Shown: positions 28,975-35,433 of the stretch, piece by piece | Position numbering within the stretch: position 1 is the first letter of the stretch | Layout of the letters: each line of letters begins with the position of its first letter | Assembly: GCA_005878325.1 (NCBI GenBank) | Contig: VBMR01000135.1 | Location: 1 to 35,433, forward strand | DNA: 35,433 nt | Reading direction: 5' to 3' | Source: Methanobacteriota archaeon | Lineage (GTDB): Archaea > Thermoplasmatota > Thermoplasmata > RBG-16-68-12 | Translations under genes and position numbers: made by a program | Notes under the pieces: generated by a model | What the model saw: the letters and a program-made list of their open reading frames with translations, nothing else | Told to the model about the DNA's origin: nothing | Databases searched by the model: none

Positions 28975-29991
28975 ATGCGTCTCCAGCAAGTCGTGAAGGA
29001 GGAGCGAAGGCCGCGGGATTTCGATCCGCGCGCCTACATTTCCACGTGGACGGAGAAGGACCTCCTCCATGGAAAGGTCGTGGACGCGTGGGTCATCATC
29101 TTCCGCACAAGGGGTTGCTATTGGGCCCGTGCGAGCGGCTGCTCGATGTGCGGCTACGTGAACGACGTGGCCCAGGAGGTCGCGCCGTCCGACCTCCTCC
29201 ACCAGCTCGACACCGTGCTGGCGAGGCATGAGTCCCAGCCGATGGTCAAGGTCTACACGTCCGGGAATTTTTTCGATGACCACGAGGTCGTCCCGGAGGT
29301 CCGGAACCGGATCCTCTCGGAACTCGGGGATCGATGCGACAAGGTGATCGTCGAGACCCTGTCCCACCTGCTCCGCCGCAATCACCTGGAGCAGGCCCTG
29401 GAACATGTCGACGAGCTCGAGATCGCCTTGGGCCTGGAGTCCACGGACGAGCGGGTCCTGCGATACGCCGTGAACAAGGTGTGGGGACTCAAGGAACACG
29501 CCCAGGCGGCGGGCCTCGCGCGAGAGGCGGGAGCCACCGTCAAGACGTATCTCCTCCTGAAGCCGCCGTTCCTGACCGAACGGGAGTCCATAGAGGATGC
29601 GATCCGGTCCAGCCACGATGCGGACCCCCACAGTGACACAATCTCCATCAACCCGGTGAACGTGCAGAGCCGCACGATCGTCGACCGACTGTTCCGTCGC
29701 GGCGAGTATCGGCCTCCTTGGCTCTGGTCGGTCGTCGAGGTTCTTGAGCGCACTCGAGACTTGCGGGCCCACGTGAAGTCCCATCCCACGGCCGCCGGCA
29801 TGGCCCGCGGGGCACACAACTGCGGGAAGTGCGACCGCCGGATCGCGAACGCGATCGAGGAATTTTCGCTGGGTCTGCGGCGGGACTTCGACGACCTCTC
29901 GTGCGATTGCAAAGGAGTCTGGCGTGCGTATGTCGCGGCCCAAGAGTTCATGCTGAGCCCGGCAGACCCGTTCGCGACCCTCGAGACGTAA
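28975..29991 (+). CDS. Archaeosine biosynthesis radical SAM protein RaSEA
   Basis: IIFRTRGCYWARASGCSMCGY, KVYTSGNFFD, KTYLLLKPPFLTE, YRPPWLWS, RGAHNCGKCD. Confidence 0.88.
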   Translation: MRLQQVVKEERRPRDFDPRAYISTWTEKDLLHGKVVDAWVIIFRTRGCYWARASGCSMCGYVNDVAQEVAPSDLLHQLDTVLARHESQPMVKVYTSGNFFDDHEVVPEVRNRILSELGDRCDKVIVETLSHLLRRNHLEQALEHVDELEIALGLESTDERVLRYAVNKVWGLKEHAQAAGLAREAGATVKTYLLLKPPFLTERESIEDAIRSSHDADPHSDTISINPVNVQSRTIVDRLFRRGEYRPPWLWSVVEVLERTRDLRAHVKSHPTAAGMARGAHNCGKCDRRIANAIEEFSLGLRRDFDDLSCDCKGVWRAYVAAQEFMLSPADPFATLET

Positions 29992-30030
29992 CGTTCATAG
30001 GAGCCACGAAGTTCGGGACATCCGATTGCG

Positions 30031-30351
30031 ATGCGCGAATACGAACTGAAGCGAGGAGTCGCGAAGGCGCTCGAAGGAGGCGGACTGCGCGCGATCGCCC
30101 ATCAGACGTTCGCGGATGTCGGCGAGGAAGGAAACCGAATTACCGTGTCTTTTGGGGCGATTGAGAAGATGACCGCCTGGACGGACGGTAAGAAGCTCTT
30201 CGTCGACACGGTCATGAAGGCAGGCGTCCCGGATCACGTCGCCACGGAGACGATCAAGGCCTACAACTCGTTCCTCGAGCAGGCCACGGGGTACACGGCG
30301 AAAGAACGGAGCAAGAAGGCGCAGGAAGCCGCCAAAAAAGGCGCCCACTGA
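30031..30351 (+). CDS. Conserved archaeal protein (DUF5611-like)
   Basis: MREYELKRG start and YNSFLEQATGYTAKERSKK C-terminal motif. Confidence 0.75.
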   Translation: MREYELKRGVAKALEGGGLRAIAHQTFADVGEEGNRITVSFGAIEKMTAWTDGKKLFVDTVMKAGVPDHVATETIKAYNSFLEQATGYTAKERSKKAQEAAKKGAH

Positions 30352-30497
30352 GGCGCGAGGTTCGCGCTCCTAGGGAGATCGAGGCGGACCTGGCGCGATG
30401 GATCTAGCCGGCGAGGGCTGCGTTGGACCCGCTCGGTTGGCGGGGCTCTCGCTCAAGCTCGGAGGCCGGAACGCAGGCCGAAGTGCGCCACGGGGGT

Positions 30498-30806
30498 CTA
30501 GCCGAACAGCGCACCCAGACCTGCGGCCGCCTCTTCCTCCGAGACTTTCTCTTCTTCCTTCTTCTCCTCTTTCTTTTTCTCTTCCTTCTTCTCGGGGGCG
30601 GGCGCGGCTGCCGGGGCGGGGGCGGGCACGGCGACGGCGGCCTTCAGGGCCTCGTCGATGTTCACGCCTTCCAGGGCGGCGGTCAGGGCCTTCACGCGGG
30701 TCTCGTCGACCTTCACGCCGGCGGCGGTGAGGACCTTTTTCAGGTTCTCCTCATTCACCGGCTTCCCGGCCGCGTGTAGGACCAGCGCTCCATACACATA
30801 TTCCAT
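30498..30806 (-). CDS. rpl12p: 50S ribosomal stalk protein P1 (L12p)
   Basis: [11 protein letters not shown]..., Ala/Pro hinge, acidic tail [23 protein letters not shown]. Confidence 0.97.
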   Translation of the reverse strand: MEYVYGALVLHAAGKPVNEENLKKVLTAAGVKVDETRVKALTAALEGVNIDEALKAAVAVPAPAPAAAPAPEKKEEKKKEEKKEEEKVSEEEAAAGLGALFG

Positions 30807-30823
30807 CCGTTGTCACCTCCTTT

Positions 30824-31714
30824 TCACTCCGTCGATCCGCTTGGTGAACCACGACTCTCGTCGGCCGCTCCGGGCACGCGCGCGGCAAGGACGAGCATGT
30901 GCGATTGGGCCTTCGCCAGGAGAAACTTGATCGATTCCTTCGTCGGGAACTCAGATTCTACCGCGAGGTTCAAGGCGTTGCTGTGAGCCCTCGCGAGGAG
31001 CGGGCCGATCGTCACCTTCGTGGGATATGCGGCGGCGAGTGCGAGGGCGAGTGCCTCCCGTCCCACCTGGGCGATTTGGCCCCGAATCATCGCCTCGTCA
31101 ATCGCGAGCGTCTCGCGGCGGAAGACGGTGCCCGCTTCGTAGGCGCCCCGGAGGTCGAGGCCGACGACGAGCGGGTAGATCTCCAAGCGCGCGAGCTGTT
31201 GCGCGACCTCCCGCGGGATTCGTTGCCCTGTCTTCACGAGGAGCTTGTCCTGCTTAATCACGACCTTGCCGCGTTCGATCGCGGCAGGGACGCCCGCCTT
31301 CTGCAACTCGCCGACGACCGGGCCGGGCTTGAAAGGCGTTTCTCCCGCGCGGACCCAAAGGTCCTCCGGTGCGATCTCCCCACCCCGCGCGGGGGCGCGG
31401 GTCTTGGTCGACTCGAGTTCCCGGTACAGACGGAAGGGGTTGAGGTCCGCCGTGACGACCGCCGTCTGCCCCTCGATCGTCTCCCCGAGCTTGACAAGGT
31501 CCGGCTTCTTCGCGCTTGCCTTCTCCAACGCAAGGCGGAGGAGATTGTTTTTCACGACCATGATCGTCGCCCGGCCTCTCAGCTTCTTCCGGATCGCCTG
31601 AAATTGCGGGGCCGGAATTCCATGGACGTTGACGATCCCGATGACCCGCGCTTGGGCGCACCGGGATGCGAGGTCCTCCACCAGCCGGTTCTTTTGCGGG
31701 GCAACATGGGCCAT
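30824..31714 (-). CDS. rpl10: 50S ribosomal protein uL10 (P0)
   Basis: VVKNNLL, TDL/ADLNPF, GETPFKPGP, AAIERGKVVI; lacks the acidic C-terminal tail. Confidence 0.95.
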   Translation of the reverse strand: MAHVAPQKNRLVEDLASRCAQARVIGIVNVHGIPAPQFQAIRKKLRGRATIMVVKNNLLRLALEKASAKKPDLVKLGETIEGQTAVVTADLNPFRLYRELESTKTRAPARGGEIAPEDLWVRAGETPFKPGPVVGELQKAGVPAAIERGKVVIKQDKLLVKTGQRIPREVAQQLARLEIYPLVVGLDLRGAYEAGTVFRRETLAIDEAMIRGQIAQVGREALALALAAAYPTKVTIGPLLARAHSNALNLAVESEFPTKESIKFLLAKAQSHMLVLAARVPGAADESRGSPSGSTE

Positions 31715-31726
31715 GGACGATTCACC

Positions 31727-32365
31727 TCAGAGGTACCGCACGGCCGGCCCCATCGTCGTCTTGACGTAGGCCGATTGGATGTTGAAACGGCCCCGCTCGA
31801 GTTTTCCGATCACCCGGCGCATGAGAGCGTCCAGATTCTCGGCCAAGTCCTCCGGGGGCATATCGCGCGTCCCGATCGCGGCGTGGAACGTCCGCTTATC
31901 GCGGCTCCTCACCCGGACCGTGTTCCGCATCGAGTTGATCAGGTTCGTCAGGTCCGCAGTCGGTGGCACGGGTCGGGGCATGCGTCCCCGTGGCCCGAGG
32001 ACGACGCCAAGTCGCTTCCCAATCACGGGCATCAGCGGAGCCTCGGCGATGAAGAAGTCGTAGGCCGTTGCGAGCGCGCGCGCCTTCCGCTTGTTCGAGG
32101 CGTATTCCTCGATTTCCTGCGGTTGGATGACGATGTCCGCGATGTTCCGCGATTTGAGCGCCAACTCTCCGGAGGCGAACACCGCAATCCGGATCGGCTT
32201 GCCCCGCCCCTTCGGGAGGACGATGTCTTCCTCGACGCGGTTCTTCGGCACGGAGAGATCCACGTCGCGAAGATTCACGGCGACTTCGATGGACTCGCTG
32301 AACTTCCGGGGCTTCGCGGCCTCGAGGAGTTTCTTGATCGTGTCCACCGAATGCTTTTCCGCCAG
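31727..32365 (-). CDS. rpl1: 50S ribosomal protein uL1 (probable CTG start)
   Basis: RKFSESIEVAVNL, LGPRGRMP, VKTTMGP; AGGAGG 9 nt upstream of CTG 32365. Confidence 0.95.
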   Translation of the reverse strand: MAEKHSVDTIKKLLEAAKPRKFSESIEVAVNLRDVDLSVPKNRVEEDIVLPKGRGKPIRIAVFASGELALKSRNIADIVIQPQEIEEYASNKRKARALATAYDFFIAEAPLMPVIGKRLGVVLGPRGRMPRPVPPTADLTNLINSMRNTVRVRSRDKRTFHAAIGTRDMPPEDLAENLDALMRRVIGKLERGRFNIQSAYVKTTMGPAVRYL

Positions 32366-32380
32366 GGAAGATCGCCTCCT

Positions 32381-32410
32381 GCAGTGCGAGCGGCCAACCG
32401 TGCCTCCTGC
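32381..32410 (-). promoter_or_regulatory. Candidate uL1 autoregulatory mRNA leader
   Basis: GCAG-GA-GGC...GCU-CGCA-CUGC: two helices around an asymmetric GA loop, directly abutting the SD and downstream of TATA-like CTTATTA (~32440-32446). Confidence 0.5.
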
Positions 32411-32552
32411 GAGAGAAGGGCGACGAAAGAGGGTGAGCCTAATAAGGTTTCTGGGACGCACCCCCTCGTTTTTTGTCTCGCGGCGCGTCGTCTTGCGAGG
32501 AGTTCGGGAGGATTTCCCGACTCGCGCTCTGCGGGGATGGGACGTCCTTCCT

Positions 32553-32577
32553 CGTTATCATCCCGCCGATGATAACG
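32553..32577. promoter_or_regulatory. Perfect palindrome CGTTATCATC-N5-GATGATAACG, operator candidate
   Basis: 10-bp perfect arms just upstream of TATA-like CTTTTGTAA of the TrmB gene. Confidence 0.6.
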
Positions 32578-32617
32578 CACGCAATGCTTTTGTAAGAGGC
32601 CCTCCGTCGCGGTGGCG

Positions 32618-33430
32618 ATGAAAGAGGAGGAGGTCTTGCGGGCCCTCGAGACTCTGGGCCTGACGGGCAAGGAGGCCCGCGCCTACCTCGGCCTCCTCGA
32701 GAGGGGGATCTCGACCGCGCAACAGGTGAGCCAACTCCTCGGTGTCCAGTATCCGGCCGTCTATCGCATCCTGCAGTCGTTGGAGTCGAAGGGCTGGATT
32801 GAAGTGTCTCAGGACCGTCCGAACCGATACCGAGCCCGGGCGCCGCGGATCATGGCGGAGGAGGCGCGCCAGTCTCGGGAAGAGAGCCTCGTCGCCTCCG
32901 CCGAAACGGTGGCAGAACTCAAGGAAGCGACTCCCTCGAAGGAGCGGTCGACGGATTCGGATCTGTGGATGTATAAGGGGGCCGAAGCCATCGGTCGGAA
33001 ATTGCGAGAGATCGTGCTCGCGAGCAACCGGCAAATTCTGTGCGCGAGTCCCTTTCCGGTCGCTCCGGAAATCCTGCGGCTGTTGTTCGACATCCTCGGG
33101 CGGTCCCGGCGGACCGTGCGCGCGGTGTTGAACGAGGCGAACCGTGCGGACTTGGCAGAGATTGGAGGCCTCCTCGGCCGAAACGTCCGGGTCCGCTTCC
33201 AGTTCCCGGCCCGGCACCTCCCTAAGACGCGCCTCGCGCACACGTTTGTATTCCCGAGCGACGAGGAGGTTTTCATCCTCAACTCGTTCTACCGGAACGG
33301 CACGTTCGTCGCGGACAAGCTCCACGGTCTCTGGGTCGGCGACATGGACTTCGTCCGGATGCAACTGGAGGCCATGTTGCTGGACTTGTCCCAACCGCGA
33401 GAAACGCGGGCCCTTCCCCGACCCGCCTAA
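32618..33430 (+). CDS. TrmB-family transcriptional regulator
   Basis: LETLGLTGKEARAYLGLL..TAQQVSQLLGVQYPAVYRILQSLESKGWIEVSQDRPNRYRA. Confidence 0.9.
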   Translation: MKEEEVLRALETLGLTGKEARAYLGLLERGISTAQQVSQLLGVQYPAVYRILQSLESKGWIEVSQDRPNRYRARAPRIMAEEARQSREESLVASAETVAELKEATPSKERSTDSDLWMYKGAEAIGRKLREIVLASNRQILCASPFPVAPEILRLLFDILGRSRRTVRAVLNEANRADLAEIGGLLGRNVRVRFQFPARHLPKTRLAHTFVFPSDEEVFILNSFYRNGTFVADKLHGLWVGDMDFVRMQLEAMLLDLSQPRETRALPRPA

Positions 33431-33462
33431 GGGCCGTCCACACCGCGACGAACGCGATCTCA

Positions 33463-33486
33463 CCCGGGCTTTTCAAAAGGTTCGGG
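33463..33486. terminator. Hairpin between convergent trmB and rpl11
   Basis: CCCGGGCTTTT-C-AAAAGGTTCGGG imperfect inverted repeat. Confidence 0.4.
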
Positions 33487-33519
33487 CACTCCAAACCGCG
33501 GTGGGCATCGCCGGAGGGC

Positions 33520-33909
33520 TCAGCCGGTCAGCTGCTTGTCGAACTTGCCCGCTTGAATCTCCTTCGAGAACTCCTTCGCCGGCTTCCCCTCGACCGTGAC
33601 GCCCATGGAGACGCAGGTGCCGACGACTTCGAGCGCCCGGGCCTTCAAGGTCTTCGCAAGCGTCGCGTCGGCCTTCATGTTCGCGACCCGAATCGCCTGC
33701 GCAAGGGTCAGGTTGCCGACCCGTGTCTTCCCGGCGTCCCCCGAGCCCTTCTCAATCCTCAGCTCCTTCAGGATCAGGGCAGAGGTCGGAGGGGTGCCGA
33801 CCTCGATCGTGAAGGCCTTCGTCTTCGGATCGACGATCAGGATGACGGGGACTTTCATGCCCTCAAACGATTTCGTCTTCTCGTTGATCGCCTTCAGGAT
33901 TTCGACGAT
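33520..33909 (-). pseudogene. rpl11: 50S ribosomal protein uL11, 5'-truncated
   Basis: IVEILKAINEKTKSFEGMKVPV...VGTPPTS..EVVGTCVSMGVTVEG present; upstream frame reads *GSFDTGSGWPYDASGRRC with no start codon and no PGPPLGPALG motif. Confidence 0.8.
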
Positions 33910-33979
33910 ACAACGACGCCCGGAAGCGTCATACGGCCATCCCGACCCCGTGTCGAAGGATCCTCAGGGGTGCGCTTGC

Positions 33980-34906
33980 CTACTTGTCCTCTTCTTTCTG
34001 GAGGACCCGCACGCTGTCGCCGCGCACGGTCACGGGGATCCTCACCATGGCCTCGAACAGTTCGACCGTGATCTCCTCTTTCGTCTCGTCGATCTTCATG
34101 ACGCGGGCCTTCTCTCCTTTGAACGGTCCGGCGACGAGCTCCACGATGTCGCCTTCCATGATTCCGCTGACGATGGGCTTCGGCGTGAGATAGGCCTCGA
34201 TCTCCGAGAACGAGATGCCCGTGGACTCGCCCTCTCCCTTGACCACGCCTCGCGCCCGTCGCAGGCCTCGGACAATCTCCTCGAGTCGATCGGGGTTCAT
34301 GCTCTCGACGTACACGTAGCCGCGGAAGTTCGCCGGGACCAGGATCGAGAAGACTCCGACGTCTTTCGCCTTGGCCCGGGCATAGATCGCGTCGGCGACG
34401 GCCCGTTCGTGACCGATCGAGCTCTTCACCGCGAGGACCGCCTGACGGGCGCTGAAACTCAGGGTCTTCGTGTCGAAGGCTCCCGGATCGCCTTTTGAAA
34501 TCGCGTTCACGACGACGTTCAGCCGGTCCCCGTATCGGGCGCCCTTCGGACAGGTGACGGTCAAGGTGATCTCCCGTTGACCATCCGCGATGAGGGCGAA
34601 CTCCTTCTCCGTCACCTTCGTGAACGTGACGTCCCAGACCTTGTCCTCGACGCCAAAGAGCTTGACGATCCACTCCGGCGGTTCCGGCAGGTCGGAGTCG
34701 TAGACCGGATCGATCTTGAGCCGGATCGTGTCGTCTTCCGTCCCGGTGTTCGTCACGACGACCGGATACTCCTTCGTCTGCCCGGCCGTGAGCGAGACTT
34801 TTTGCTCCGTCAGATCGAGTTTGACCCCGGAGTGGCCGGTCACCGGGGGCTCCGATTTGGATTCCGTCTTCGGCTCCCGTTTCGGCAGGTCATCGATGAG
34901 GCCCAG
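33980..34906 (-). CDS. spt5: Transcription elongation factor Spt5 (NusG) with N-terminal Ig-like extension
   Basis: NGN (AVKSSIGHE..FRGYVYVES) and KOW (GDIVELVAGPFKGEKARV) domains; position between secE and rpl11; start CTG 34906 (alternative GTG 34843). Confidence 0.93.
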   Translation of the reverse strand: MGLIDDLPKREPKTESKSEPPVTGHSGVKLDLTEQKVSLTAGQTKEYPVVVTNTGTEDDTIRLKIDPVYDSDLPEPPEWIVKLFGVEDKVWDVTFTKVTEKEFALIADGQREITLTVTCPKGARYGDRLNVVVNAISKGDPGAFDTKTLSFSARQAVLAVKSSIGHERAVADAIYARAKAKDVGVFSILVPANFRGYVYVESMNPDRLEEIVRGLRRARGVVKGEGESTGISFSEIEAYLTPKPIVSGIMEGDIVELVAGPFKGEKARVMKIDETKEEITVELFEAMVRIPVTVRGDSVRVLQKEEDK

Positions 34907-34910
34907 GGAA

Positions 34911-35162
34911 TCAACCCCCGACGGTCTGGAAGATCCCGCGAAAGAGCCCCGGCCCGTACCGCATGATCAGGTAGATGATGAAGCCGAGGGCGCCGATTGC
35001 GGCAATCCCCACGCCGGTGATCATGACAACCTTCGAGTATTCGTCGCTCGTCGGCTTGCGCGCCATCTTGAGGACCCGGCCATACTTGCCTTTGCCCAGG
35101 CGCTTCATCCTCTCTTCGATCCGACGCTGGACGTCCCAACTCTTGTCCACGATGTCCGCCAT
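34911..35162 (-). CDS. secE: Protein translocase subunit SecE/Sec61-gamma
   Basis: YGRVLKMARKPTSDEYSKVVMITGVGIAAIGALGFIIY. Confidence 0.93.
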   Translation of the reverse strand: MADIVDKSWDVQRRIEERMKRLGKGKYGRVLKMARKPTSDEYSKVVMITGVGIAAIGALGFIIYLIMRYGPGLFRGIFQTVGG

Positions 35163-35167
35163 CGGCC

Positions 35168-35433
35168 TCACCGAACGATGTCCACGGTACCGGCGCCGCG
35201 GGGGCGCAGGTGCTCTCCGGGTCCCAGGATCTGCTTCGAACGCACGCCCGTCAGGATGAGCATGACGCGGAGCTTGTGTTCGAGGCTCGGATCGACCGCC
35301 GCACCCCAGATGATCCGGGCGTTCGCGGCGATTCGGCTCTGGACGATCTCCGCTACACGTTCCGCCTCGGACACGCTCATGTCGTTGCCGCCGGTCACGT
35401 TCACCAAGGCGCCCGTCGCGCCGCTGATGTCCA
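35168..35433 (-). CDS. ftsZ: Cell division protein FtsZ, C-terminal part (5' end outside the window)
   Basis: [34 protein letters not shown]; conserved ftsZ-secE-spt5 order. Confidence 0.93.
   Translation of the reverse strand, partial: DISGATGALVNVTGGNDMSVSEAERVAEIVQSRIAANARIIWGAAVDPSLEHKLRVMLILTGVRSKQILGPGEHLRPRGAGTVDIVR

Noticed and set aside
30352..30497. Structured intergenic region as SRP RNA
   Set aside because: Too short and lacks the helix 8 CCAGG-GNRA-AGCA signature

Overview
GC-rich archaeal chromosomal region, most consistent with Thermoplasmata (evidence: PolD large subunit, RaSEA, the ftsZ-secE-spt5-rpl11-rpl1-rpl10-rpl12 cluster, a stand-alone 5S rRNA, TrmB/KaiC-type regulators). 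It also holds an APC permease-USP fusion, a Rab-like small GTPase, an A24 peptidase, a large frameshifted Zn-ribbon/TPR surface protein, thioredoxin, a glycosylation cluster (GT-C-like protein, 3 GT4s, 2 methyltransferases, gmd), proline dehydrogenase, RNase HI and tRNA-Thr(UGU). Three things stand out. (1) The 5S rRNA gene carries a ~101-nt multi-hairpin insertion in helix V. (2) A 95-aa putative DNA-binding ORF sits inside ~80-bp imperfect inverted repeats that each contain the same 19-bp palindrome, just upstream of polD. (3) An unannotated 39-aa, 9-Cys metallothionein-like peptide lies divergent from a Cys-bearing TrmB regulator, with an operator-like palindrome and a terminator. Three lesions (frameshift ~5470, in-frame TGA at 20307, 5'-truncated rpl11) may be real or assembly errors. 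All calls come from manual motif recognition; no searches were run.
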